Assembly: GCF_009914755.1 (NCBI RefSeq)
Contig: NC_060930.1
Direction: 5' to 3' (one strand)
Length of the DNA: 64,000 nt
DNA from: the human T2T-CHM13v2.0 reference genome, Homo sapiens
Position numbers and translations under genes: made by a program. Positions within the stretch are counted from its first letter, which is position 1, and each line of letters starts with the position of its first letter. The notes below the pieces were generated by a model that did not search any database, was not told the DNA's origin, and saw only the letters and a program-made list of their open reading frames with translations. Positions 1 through 13,921 of the stretch are shown here, one piece after another.

Positions 1-1929
1 TTGTTTCATCCTTGAACACTTTAGTTGACTGGGATTGTGTTGGAGGAAGTGAGCAGAGGAGGGCATTCCAGGCAGGGGAACAACAAAAGCAAAGGCCAGA
101 GTGCCACGACTGCTCTGTGTTGGATGGAAAAGAAGTGTGAATTATGTCATTGCTATTTTCCAAATCTGTCTGCTTGGCCTGGGACTGTGGACAGGAGGTT
201 TCCAGGGAAGGGGACTAAAGTTTTTCTCAATGTTAGTTTCTTGGGACTCCGCCCCTGGCTCCCTTATTAAGGCTGTTCAGGCTCATCGTAGATTATGTAT
301 GTTCTCTCCTCAGCGACGGCCTGTCACCTTCCAGGGAGAAGTACAGTTCCACTTGATGCAATTCAGACATTTACATGATGCACAGGTCACTGTGCTGGGC
401 TCTGTGGGCTCATATGGCCTCTGCTGCTGGGCAGGCATAAGGCGACATTTGCTGCAGGCCATTTGGAAGATGAGGACCATCTTCAACTCTCCATTCTGCC
501 AAGGGAGGGCCTATGATCATTTCATCACTGCTCTGTCCATCCCTAGTACCTAGGATTCATAGGATCTGACAGTCACACGTTGCTCAACGAGTGACTCCTC
601 CCATTTCCTGTTCCATAGGCTTCTGGAAGCTTTAGACTCTTCGGAATAAGGAAAATACAAGAGCAAGGGTGCAAAACTGCTGAAATTCACACTGAAATTC
701 ACATCAATGCTGGAGGAAACCAGAGTACAGATAGAAAAGGAAGACAACATAAGCAGAAGAAGGACTTTCCACCGCAGTGCTGCCCAGAGAATCCCTGACA
801 AGCCTGGGATGGAGTCCCCCAGCCTTGGCGGTGCCCAGATGTGTCTGGGGGGCCTGGCAGAGGGAGCCGCTGAGTGCTGTGGTCAACTCTCTCCAAAGAG
901 CCGCCCTGCTCCAGAGCTGGCAGAAACTGTGTGGAAAGCCACGAGCTGTTCCTGTTTCTCTGTTGCAGCCCAGTCCTGAGCTAAAAAGGGCTTTCCCACT
1001 GGAGAGGTGTGGTCTGAGGGCTGTGCAGTCTTCATGAGACCATTTTCCCGTCACTCTGGAAGTTGTCACCACTCCAGGCCACCCCACCCACATGTGTTCC
1101 TGATCCCTGGTTGTCAAGACGAACTCTGAAAGGCCCAACCCTGAGTGTGTAGAGGGAAAGAGCAAGTGTCAAAGGAGATGGGAGAGATGAGAAGGCTAAG
1201 GACTTGGTTAGGAAAGATGCGAGAAAGAGGGTGACCCCATCAGTGCTGCCACGTTCTTCCTGGCCCACCTGCATCTCCACGCCTCTCCAGCCAGCCCCAG
1301 TCTCCCTCCCTCCTCACTTACTCCCTTTCCTCCTGCCCCTCCGTCTGAATTCTGCTCACCTAAACTTCACCAGGGGGAGTTTCCTGCCTCCTGATTATCT
1401 AAAAGGCGCATCCTCATCCATGAGATGGCTCAGGGAGCCAACTTTTGGCCAAGGGTATGCTGCACCCCTGTACGATATCCTAAGGTGCTGCTCACTGCTA
1501 TGCTGATGAGGCTGCACCTTGAGGAGGGGCAGGAAGGTTGTGTAACTCAGCCAGGACCACTGATGAGCGCCCGAGGGTTTCTTTCTATTGGTGCCAAAGC
1601 ATTCCTATTAGGGCGTCGTTAGTTGTGTGGCTGGCTTTGGGGAGTGTAAGATAGCTGGGTGCAGTTCCAGTGTGGATGCAGGCAGGCTGCCATGTCACCT
1701 GCACACAAAATCCTGTGCAGGGGCAGGGGCTGGGCTTGGAAGGGAGAAGGAATGCGATGCTCTGCTGTTCTTCTACTAGCCTGGCTTCCCGTAACACCCA
1801 GCCCTCCTCAACTATGGCTCCCACTGTGTGCCAGACAGGTACTTGCAGACCCTGGGGAAATGCTCTGTTATTGGCTTCCAAGGGCCCCGGCTCTTCTGTC
1901 TTTTTCCCCCTCTCTCTGGCACCTCCTTC

Positions 1930-3060
1930 TCAGTCTCCTTTGCTGATGTGTTCTGCAGCCTGTTCCTTGAATGTTGATAATCCACAGGATTTTGTCCTAG
2001 GCCCACTCCTCATTTTCCCTACTCCCTGTAGGCATTCCCTTTATGCCAGCATCTCCTTGGCTATCTCAACTGTCATCTCTCAAATCTCCACCTCAGCCCT
2101 GCTTTAGTTCCTGACTCAGGTATCCAACAGCCTGTTTGATACCTTGAAGATAACTAAAATCGACTGTACCCAAAAAGAACTAATCATCTGCCCTGAACAC
2201 CTCCCCTGTTTTTCCTGTTGTTCCTGTCTCAATGCACAGCACCATCACTTACGGATGGCTCATGTCAGTAACCTGCACGCCACCCTTTGCCCCTCTCTCC
2301 ATTAGCGCCTTCCCTCAATCCTGGAGTCTCAGCCATTCTCTATCCTCAATATCTATCAGAGCATTCCACTTAGCTCCAACTGCCTGAGAGCAGAACGCTG
2401 CCATCTCTCCCAGATTATTGCAACCACTGCTTGCTCCTTCCCCTGCAATCGCACTGCCTGTCCGCAGGCTAGTCCCCACATTTTAGCCTGAGTGATTCTT
2501 CTTAATGCAAACCTGGTCCTGTTACTCCCCTGCTCAAAACTCCTCAAGTGCTCCCCAGTGACCTCGGGAGAAAGTCCGGATTCCCTAACAGGGCGAAGTA
2601 GACTCTTCACGCTCTGGCTCCTGCTGCCTTCTCCAGCTTCTTCTCTTCCATCCCCCACAACATTCCCAGGCAGGCTTGAATCTTAGTTTCGTCAAGTGTC
2701 ACACTGTCTCTCATCTTGGGGACGTCCCCTTTACTTGGAGCCTGTCTTTTCCTCTGACTAATTTCTGCCTAACCCCTTAGTTTCCACAGTGATGTCTCCT
2801 CCTCTGGATAGCATTCCAGGACTGTGCAGGTCTACAATACATGACACCCCCAGGTGCTCCCCAGCACCCTGCAATTCTGCCATCATAAGCAGATGGCATA
2901 CTATATGTGAATTGCCTGTTTACTTGTTTGTTTCCCTTTCAATATGGTAAGCTCCATGAGGACAGCAACCACATCTGCTTAATTCACTCTTTTCTCTGGG
3001 GCTTAGAACAGGGGCTTGCACCTAGTAAGCATTCCATAAATATTTGTAGAATAAAAGAAG
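1930..3060 (+). mobile_element. L2 LINE 3' fragments (ancient)
   Basis: Typical L2 motifs: caggattttgtcctaggccc, ctcaaatctccacctcagccc, taagctccatgaggacag, ending in cacctagtaagcattccataaatatttgt. Confidence 0.7.
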
Positions 3061-5011
3061 ATAAGCACGTGAGCAAGTGTGTGTGCCAAGGCAACGTGCA
3101 CAAGTGAAGAGCGCTAGACTGGAAGTCAGAGTAGGACCAAATGCCTACCTCACCTCTTAGCGACTGGGTCTCAGGCTCTTCATTTCTAGGATTAGAATGA
3201 GATGCCGTCAGGGCTGGGTTGATGTGGAAAGAGCATGCATGCAAATATGTTTTGTGTGTCATAAATTCATTATGACCATGGCCTGGCAGTGTAGGAACCC
3301 CCCGTAGGGAATGTGATGGACTGTGAAGTGGGAATGTGTGTTGGAAGCAGTAACCACAGACAATAGTTTGTCTCAGCAAACCAAAGTATTAGAAAGGATC
3401 TCTGCAAGTCAATGGTCAAGGACACTCAAGATGGTTGCTGAGTTTCTCATTTTCAATGGAAATGAAAAGGATGGAGGAATTGAGGGTGAATCTGACGTTA
3501 ACTTCCAAGATCAGTTCCAGAAAGAATCCCATCCTGCTGTGGGGTGTGTCAGGCGGAGATACTCATCATGACTGGGGAAGCAGCTGGCTCTGCCCCACAC
3601 ACCATTCACTAGGGATCATGGGCAGTGGCTGCTTTTACCCATGGGCCAAAGAGAGGGGCTGGTGTTCGTTCAGCAGCCACTCAGTCCCCAAGAGCCTCTG
3701 CAACCAGATGCTCTGTCATGCCAGCTGAGATTGCCTTCTGAGAATGGTGGGCCAATATGTGTTTGAGGGCAAAGGGTTCCTACAATATCTTTCCTACTTT
3801 TCTTGTCTAGAACAACTAACTTAATATGTTGCTTTTTCATAGAGTGAACATCCAATACCCTTCCCTGTCAGAGAGGAGGACAGAAGACTGGGCCTATATT
3901 TTGCCATTTTTTTCCTCCATAAACTTGTACCTTGTACCCTGGCTGCCTCCACTTTATTGTAATAAAGATCCACCCTTTGTTCCCCTTATGCTTTTTAAAA
4001 AATGCTAGTATTCCTTTCCCGTTTCATCTCTCCCACTATGGCCTCCCTCTCCCGCCTCCAGTTGATCAGCTCCTCCCCTGACCCTCCAGAAGCCTGCTGC
4101 ATCCTCCTACTTCTCGGAAGCTGTAAAGTCTTCTCCAGCCATTTTCTTGGCTGCCAAGATTTCTCAAAGTCAATTTCAAATTGTCATTCACAAACAAAAA
4201 AAGTGTTTTTTGAGTACCTTTTTTTTTTTTCCTGTGGCCAGCACTGCTTTTAAAATTGTGGAGAGGCTGAGAAGATTCTAATCTAATCTCTGCTCTCAGA
4301 GTTTATCATTTTAGTTCAGCAGAAAAGATGTAAATACAAAAAAAAAAAAAAAAGGAAAAATCATAAGGGTTAAAATGAAAGTCTAATGGGAGCCAGGAAA
4401 CTCCTCCTCACCATGGGAGTTACCTCCTGATGGTGCCACACGGTTTCTCTCCACCCTCGGTCCGGTTTTCCTGTTGGTTTTAGATGGCTGTTTGATTCTA
4501 TGTTAGAAGGATCCAACTGAGTGAAGGGGTGCTTTGCTTTGTTTAGTTTACATTTTCAACACCTTCATTTCCAATAGCAGTTAATCTCCCCATTTATTTC
4601 TTCTTTTGTTATTGAATGGGACTCTGAGACTGATGGACTCAGTTTGTATGAAAAATCTGCCACAAAAGAAAGCTTGCAGTGCCTGGGCACTGGTATTTGC
4701 CAAGCATGGGGTTTCCAGCCTCTCTTCATATTATTGTATACTATAGGGATGAGTCATGCCTGGAAAATGTGATTGTGAATTGCAATTGTTCTCTGCTGAA
4801 AAATCTGGCTTAAGAATTGGCTCACATGCTCTAGTTCACCAAAGGGCGAACATCCTATTCATGTGCCAACATCTTATTTCTCTTGTCACATACAGGCAGC
4901 ACAACTTCCTCAGACTGGAGACCAGAGCTTAGAGATGCTAGAAATTCCCCGTGAGAGCAGCAAAGGGTGCAGGAAAAAGGGGAAGAAAAACCTTTCTATT
5001 AAGTAACATGG

Positions 5012-5338
<327 letters not shown>

Positions 5339-6649
5339 TCACTGTCCCCTCCTGCAACTCTAAATCAATTCTTATACTCTGGGTCAGGGCTGAGAGAGTC
5401 AGAAGAGATTGTGGGTCACCAATAATCCCTACATTTGTGCTTAGAACCTACTTGCTATGGGGTAGAGAGGCTGAACTCATTCAAGGCTTTTGCATGGGGG
5501 CAATTAGTTCCAGCCCCTATTTAGTGGCACTTTGCCAACATAATGTCCCAACACCAGCATGGTCAGACCACAGAATTAGTCTGATGTGAGAAGTCTGGGG
5601 TGAAATGGGAGTCCAGGCTGGTGGGTCCTGGTTGCTGAGGTCTATTGGGAAGCTGAGGCTTAGAGATGAGGCAGGAAGCCATCGCTGAATTTCACCCTAA
5701 GTCAACCCCCTCCAGTCTGTGTCTGTATTCCCAGAACTGCCCATCTTCCCACAGTTGGGCCACATGAGTCCTTCCTGTCACTAGAGGGAATGGAAGCAAA
5801 TGTGTGGAAGGGGCCCGGGTTACTGGAAGGGCATTTCCTAAAGTAAGGGTGGCATGGAAGTGACCCTATGAGCATCTGTGAAGCCTTCCTTTGATGTCTG
5901 TTGTTGAAACCCTGCTTATGCAGTTATTTGTTTTCATACAAGAACATTTTTCTTATTCCCCTTCCTTAAGCAGTTATGAACATGTAATATCTAATAATTC
6001 AATACTCTCCATCAATGCAAATAAGAGCTCCAATCCTAAGAAAGGGGTAGGTTCTGGGTTACATCCCCTATACCAAATAGTCCTTTAATGGTTAGTATTA
6101 CAGGAACATTAGTCAGATATAGAAATTTTTAAAAAAATATGGGCTGGTCTCCTGACTTTTCATTTGATTTAAAAAGACTGATTTACTGCTGGGAAAACCT
6201 CTTTTCAGAGGAAAGGTTGTGTGAGTTTTAGTTCCCTTGCACTATGGCCACAAGGAAGATGGGATCATTGGTATTGCCAGCCCATCCTGCATAACTTAGG
6301 TATGTTTAAACTCAAAAGCACATTTGTCACATGGGTTGTCAGAACTCTACTGTACAGAGTTAAGTGAGCTCTATATTAGAAGGCTTTGGAAGACCACAAC
6401 ATCCTCATCCCACTCAGCCCCGACCCAAATCCCTGCTGAAAATAGACCTAAACTCAGGTTACAAACCAGAACCAGAAACAATGCCAACTTTATAATAAGA
6501 AAGATGAAGTACTATGTTCTCCCTAAGTTAGTGGTTCTTTGATTTGAGCATGTGTAAGAATCACTTGGTAATTTTTTTCTAACCTGTAGTGTTTGGGGGA
6601 TCTTACCTTAGGGATTCTGGATCTCATGGTTTCTGGACACTGTCTAAGC

Positions 6650-6811
6650 CAGTGGTTTTCAAACCTACATGCTACTGGAATCTGCTTTTTAAAAAGAGAT
6701 GCTCAGGTTGCACCTAATTTAATTAGAATATCTGGGGAGTCAGGGCCAGGCTTTGGTAGCTTTTAAAAGCTCTGTGGGTTGTTTTAATATGAAGCCAGTT
6801 ACGAGTCCCTG
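6650..6811. mobile_element. MER5A-family hAT-Charlie MITE (a second degraded MER5-like copy lies just upstream, ~6529-6640)
   Basis: Begins cagtggttttcaaac and ends gagtccctg; 8-bp TSD-like gtctaagc/gtgtaagc. Confidence 0.7.
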
Positions 6812-7079
6812 GTGTAAGCTAAGAAGCCTCTCGTATAGACATGGCTGAAGGTTCTTTGGAAGTCTTTTGGATGAGACAGCTAGCTTAACATGCTTATCTT
6901 CAGACAGACAAGGTATCCTGCCCCAACACGTCCAACTAGCCATATTAAAAATTCATGTCTTACAACATGGATAAGCATTAGAAGGCTTGTGAAACCCTTG
7001 GATTTACAGGCTAAAATTTGTGCAGATGTGCATATGTCCCCCTTTCTAGGGAGAGAGTATTCAGCTTCACTGGATTCAC

Positions 7080-7600
7080 TTTATTTTCTTCCCTATCCCC
7101 TTGTTTTATTCGTTTATTCATTCATTCCTTTTTATCCCCATGCCCTGCTCCCATTCTTGTGGGTAAAGTATGCTAAAGTATATCTGGGACTCATAAAGTA
7201 TACCAGGGACTCATAAAGTATACCTTTTTTGCTAAAGCATATCTTTGTTTGCATGTTTTTCTTTGCTTTCTGTGGATCTATTTGTAATTTATCTGAATGA
7301 TGTGATCTTACTCAGTGCTATGCTTTTAAGGTCTATGTTAATTGGTATGCATACATCTAATCCATGACTCCCACCTGCTGCGTCCTGCTTCATGGGGCAT
7401 CGGCATTATTCTACCTGTCTACTTCCCCAGTGATGGATACTCAGCATGTTTCCAACTCTCCTTGGCCATGAATAGCCAAGGCTGCTCACAGCAGCCTGGA
7501 GTATGTCCCCTTATAAACATGCACGAGAACTTCTTGGGAAATAGACCCAGAAGAGGAACTGCTGGGTCACAGCAGGAAGCAAGTAGTTCTTTTGACTAGG
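7080..7600 (-). mobile_element. L1ME-type 3' fragment (ancient)
   Basis: Degenerate L1M 3' motifs (gatggatactcagcatgtttccaa, atagacccagaagaggaactgctgggtcac). Confidence 0.55.
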
Positions 7601-7984
7601 AAGGGCTGGACTGCCGTCCATATACAGAGCCATGTACTCCCACTCCCTTCACTGGATTCCTGAATGAGCTGAGATCTGCCTTCTGGTAAAGTGTAAAAGC
7701 CAGGATGATAGTCTAGGCTGGGCCTTCGACCCTCATTGCGGTTTGCTTTTCCGTTTGCCTTTCTTTTTCCTTCTTCCGGGTCTACCTTCTTTCCCATTCC
7801 CTGTGGCTGCTGTATTAAACCTTCATCACCACCCTCAAGTCTCTTATTCTACCTCAACTTCTTTTTCACAGAGAAAACTTAGGTCATCTTTAATTTTCTC
7901 TCTCTTCTTCTCAGTGTGCCAATGTCAGCCCCATCTTGATTTGTTTTTCCATTCTTGCTCCCTTCCAGGGCTAACCTCCACTGA

Positions 7985-8591
<607 letters not shown>

Positions 8592-9596
8592 TTATTTCTC
8601 TGTCGCATCTGACACTACTGACAGTCTGCTTCTTCTTGGAGCCGGCTCTCCTCTTGACTTGGCTATCAGGACATTATTTTCTCCTGGTTCGCCCCCTCTT
8701 CTTTATGCTTCTTCTCAGTCTCCATTATGGCCTCCTTTCTCTCTACCTTCCCTTCAAACTCCTTTCCCTTATGGCTCCCCTCTTTAGGCCTCAGCACTGC
8801 CACATGTTCTCCTGAGAGCTCATCTACTTCTTAGGCTTCCTGAGTTGTCATATGATTCTCAAACTCAGATCTCATTTTAATTCAACAAATAGTTCTTGAA
8901 AACTTACTGTGTGCTAGGATCCACAGTCTCATGTGACATATGAGAGTTCACCCTTTCTTCTGAGCTCTAGACCCCTACATCTGATAGAGTTTGTTTGCTA
9001 CAGTTTGAGGATATGCATATACCTCACAGACTAGCTAAAAGAAATTATATACCTCTAAGTAAGCTTCTTTTGAAGGGGTCCAGAGCACAGCCCCATCTGA
9101 CAACATGTCAGCAGATAATCCTGCCTGCTCTAATTTTGGCCTGGAGAAGACACCAAAGGCTTCTGGGTCACAAGATGTGCACATATTTTCTTTGACTAAG
9201 ACAGGACTGCTCTCCAGAACAGCTGGAGTGCCTGCAGTTCTAAGAATATAATTTGGTCCATAGACTTTTTCCCCCCTCCTTTGCAACAGTAAGACATGGA
9301 TAGAGTACAGGCTGATGAGAATGAATGTATGATGTGAGAATTGTAAATCACGTTGATACTGTCAGTAACAGACCCTGCCCTAAAGTTGCTTACCCCAGTA
9401 GTACTGGGATGGTGAGGCTCACACATGAAGGAGAATTGTACCAGGCTGGACATAATTAAATGTGAAACTGAATAAACATTATGCTTTTCTTGTAATAGTT
9501 ATGTTGGGCAGATTAGGAAGGACAGAGTAAGCAAATCTCTTCTAGGCTGGCCTGGCTGAGCCTCGGAGGACCAGCTGCTCTCTGAGACAGCCTTAC

Positions 9597-9705
9597 CTCT
9601 GTTTCAGAATCTGTTTGTTGTCATCGATGGTAACGCTGTCAGCGTGGTCCCTCTTGAAGATTTCAAAAGCCTCCTGGCATCCTAATGACATTTCCTCTCT
9701 CATTC
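9597..9705 (-). CDS. KIF6: Internal coding exon of kinesin family member 6 (109 bp, phase 1 start, phase 2 end; probably exon 14)
   Basis: Minus strand reads ttccctgtgtctccaaacag|GA ATG AGA GAG GAA ATG TCA TTA GGA TGC CAG ... CTG AAA CAG AG|gtaagg. Canonical AG acceptor and GTAAG donor, open frame (G)MREEMSLGCQEAFEIFKRDHADSVTIDDNKQILKQ(R), which matches the KIF6 protein as I recall it. Exon number is from memory. Confidence 0.95.
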
Positions 9706-12700
9706 CTGTTTGGAGACACAGGGAAATGGCCTCAGTCACAGCATCAGGATCCTATTAATTTCATTGTCACTTCAGTCAGACCACAAAACCAGCCCTGGCT
9801 CCAAGAGGCCCACAGCAGAGAGACTCTGACCAGACAGGTGGCCCCAGGCTCTTCCAGCTGGCTGACAACCTGCTGAGGAGGCCCTTCCAGTGCCACCCGC
9901 TGCACCCCTCAGGACTGTGCCTGCACAGCCATGTGACTCGTGGGGGGCGGGGTTTGGAATGCCTGCTCGGGGGAAATGAAAACCACAGCGCCAAGCCCTG
10001 GACTGCCGAGGATGTCTGCAAATGCCTTTTCTTACCATCGTTCAGTGCCACATTTCTCCCTGGTATGCCCTATTTTGTTTTTCTGTTAAATTTCCAGGCA
10101 TTTAGTTAAAGGAATTATAATCCAAACTGAAAGATAGCATCTAGAAAATTCTGCTCTTAGTCTCTGTATAACAATTCATTCTTGTTTCCTGTGGTTAGTG
10201 AGGGGGTCTCGGCTCTTCTTCAGGAGTTAGGTCCTCAGTTACAAGACTCATGAGCTGGCCATGGCAGGGGTCCCTAGGTCATCTCTAACTTCAATATCCT
10301 GTATCGCCTTTGCCAATAAAGGCCAACCCTCACTGCTGGGCGCTGTTCAGAGTTCAACTTCTGGGACCCACGGTCAGTACAGCCAGGACCAGGCTCTCCT
10401 CCTCACCACCTCCCGGAGTGAGGGTCAGCGCAGATGTATGCCTGGGACCCCTCAGTGAGAGCTGAATTCACCGCTGGATTTTGGATGCATCTATAGAGCC
10501 ATTTTTTTTTTTTTAATGCTTCTGCCCTTGGTTCCTTTGCCTGGGAGGCCTTTTCTCATGTTTTCCTCCAGTAACTCTACCTCCGTGGAGCTTTCGTCAA
10601 AGCCCAGGCAGAACAAACCCTCTTTTCACCATGTTCCTTATCAATACACCTATAATATGCACAGCCCAGTGGACACTGCCACTTCACATGGCAATCCTTT
10701 CTGGTGAAATGTAAGTTTCTCAGGGGGTAGAGATAATAGTTTTTTGTTTGTTTGTTTTGTGAATCCTTGTGTCTTGTTCAAAGTCTGGCATTTAGAAGGT
10801 GCTCAGCATACATCTGTTAAATGAATCAGGTTGAGAATGAAGCTGGGTGGTGCTGAGCCTTGCTGTTATTGCTGCGGGAACACAGTCCAGGGTTAGTGAG
10901 GCTCACTCTGAGGCCAAGGGTTCCGCAGAGGCTTTCATATGGGCCACATACCACGTCTCCTCTTGCCTGGAAAAAACTCTCTGAGTCCCATCACCCATCC
11001 TAAGGGTGAGTAACTGGACTAGCCCATCTGACACCAATTTAATGATTACTCTTGATAAAAATAGCACCGTGAAGAATGTCTAAATGGTGAGGCACAAAAA
11101 TACACCCCACCCTTTTCTGATCAGAAGCAAATGGGCACGACTCAGCTTTGTCTCCACATCTGCCTTGCACACTCTAGAATTGGGTAGGCCTGGGAATCCG
11201 CTTGTGTGAGACGCAGAAAGATGATCCCTGATGCATGAGAGACATTGAGGGGCACGTTTCACCAGCAGAGCCCATTAGGAGCCAGCGGATTCATTCCATA
11301 CCTTTCCCCTGTCCGGGTCTGCACCCAGTTCTAACAGTGCATGCCTTTTGCTACATAATAAAATAATAACAGACAGTAGAGGGCATGAGACTTTGGACTG
11401 GAGATGGGAAGAGAAAAGCTCCACAGAGACCACACTGGAGCCTGCTTGGGGGATCTCCAAATTGCTCCCCCCCGCAGGGGAGCTGATGAGCAGCCTTCCA
11501 CCAACAGAGGTGTGGGGGTGGTGGGTGAAAGGGGTGTGGGGTGGGAGTGAAAGCTTGCTTAAGCTGCAGGGAAGAAGGGTTCACAGCCTCTTCCCTCCCA
11601 GGCTCTGCTTTTTCTGCAGAGCTGACTGTGAATGGACAGCTGGGTGGAAAGGACCACTCCAGAGCCCACGGCACTGTGGCGGCAGCCACTCCTGGGAGAA
11701 CTTACAATGCACTGAGCAACCATTGGGACTAACTATATTCCCAACAACGAACAACACAAAAGTAAGTGACAATATGAAAACACGAAACAACATGAAACAC
11801 ACCTTCCCTGAGGTGCACTGGGGCCTGGGCCGTGGGAGCAGAAAGGACGTGGAGGGCACAGAGGAGACAAGCGCAGGCAGTTTGGGATCGTTGTGTACGG
11901 TCTTGAAGGTCCTACTAAGAAATTCGGGGCCAGCAGCATAACATATTCTACATGCATCGCCAACTTTCAAAGACTTACAATGGAATAAAGTACACATTAT
12001 GGGAAAGTTACACTGGAAGGATTTAATACTCTTGGTGGCTTAAAAGGCACTTAGGGGTCCTGAAGTGCCAAGGGCTTATCATCAGGAACATAACCTTGGT
12101 TTTCCTTCTGTCACGGACAAAGTATTCTGGAGTTGGAGTTCTTTGATTGTGGTGACCACAGGTGAAGGCCATCAGAATGATGGCTATTATCTTGTCAGCT
12201 GTTTTCCCAAATGTCCACTCAGGGAGGCCAAGGTGAGGTGGCTGAAGCATAGCTGGAAGGCAAAGAGGCAAGGCAAGGCCAGGATGCCTGCAGAGACTTC
12301 AAGGCCACCACTTGGGGCAAGGCTGAGGTCCACAGAGGGAGGCACATGGGAAGGACTCACGGGCAGCTCCAGTGTGTGAGCCCAGGTCCCAGCCTGGCCC
12401 TACCCTTGCCCATCCCCATTCTGCTTGTTCAGAGCTCATGCGCAGCTCCTTTGGATTGCACTAATATACCACTTCTCACCCCATTTTGGGATCAGCTGCA
12501 AAGTTAATGAACGGCTTTTATTTACTGAAGAAATCACTTCCTTGTCCCTCTGAGGATTTAGAAAACAGGCTCTTTCTCCTATGGCAGTTCCCGTCCCTGA
12601 GCATGCACTGTATGCATTTGAAAGAGAAAGAGCAAAGGAGCAAAAAGAGTGATTAAAAGCTCACCTTGCTAATGAGACAATCGTCTATTTATTCTCTCAA

Positions 12701-12825
12701 GAAGTATTTATTTATATTAGGCATTGTGCTAGGCATGTGACAGAGATGTAAAGTTGAACATTAAAGCTTTGATTCTTGATTTAAAGAATTTGGAGTCCAG
12801 TAAGGGAGAAAGAAAAATGAAAAAT

Positions 12826-13302
<477 letters not shown>

Positions 13303-13921
13303 TCATCTAGAAGGATCTGAAGGATGAAGCAGCATTTCCCAGGTAGAGAAGACATGGAAGAAGTTTCCAGGTGGAGGGGGCAGAGATGGAGTGTGGATTA
13401 CAAAGGCAACCTGATTAATATGGGTGGCTCTGCCATCCAATAGAAATGATCTCTAGGTGATTAAAAAATGAATTTCTTATATACTCTATACCAAGGATAG
13501 TATCATGTGCTTTCTTATATATTATTTCAGTTAAATTTCTCTATGATCTCCGCAAATAAGTTCATTTTATAGATGAGGAAACTGAGGCTTACATAAATAA
13601 GTGATTATAAAGGGGTGAAAAATGCCCAGCTTTTAGAGGCAGTCATTGCGGCTCTTAGATCAGTTTTTCCAGGGAAAGTAGGCCTGACAGAAAGGGCAAG
13701 GTGGTGGGGCTCAAAATGACCTCGTAATATTAATAGTAGATTTACCCATGAGATCGTACTCTTATTAGTGCTTCTCTATCTAAAATGTTGATTTATTTTT
13801 ACAATATCACAGAAAAACAGAACCATATATGTTTTTTACTACCTGCATAGTTTACTTCATCTGTTAATATGTTTTATTATTACTTCTAGAATTTGTAAGC
13901 TCCATGAGGGCAGGTATTTAA

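Noticed and set aside
619-979. Plus-strand acceptor-like ttccatag followed by purine-rich, protein-looking ORF (MLEETRVQIEKEDN…) and a 12-bp tandem ctgaaattcaca
   Set aside because: In-frame TAA soon after the acceptor, no recognisable homology and no clear donor. At most a non-coding antisense exon, which I cannot support.
11348-11941. 197-aa ORF, the longest non-L1 ORF
   Set aside because: No ATG at the called start, no recognisable domain, and overlapped by similar ORFs on both strands, consistent with chance in GC-richer intron.
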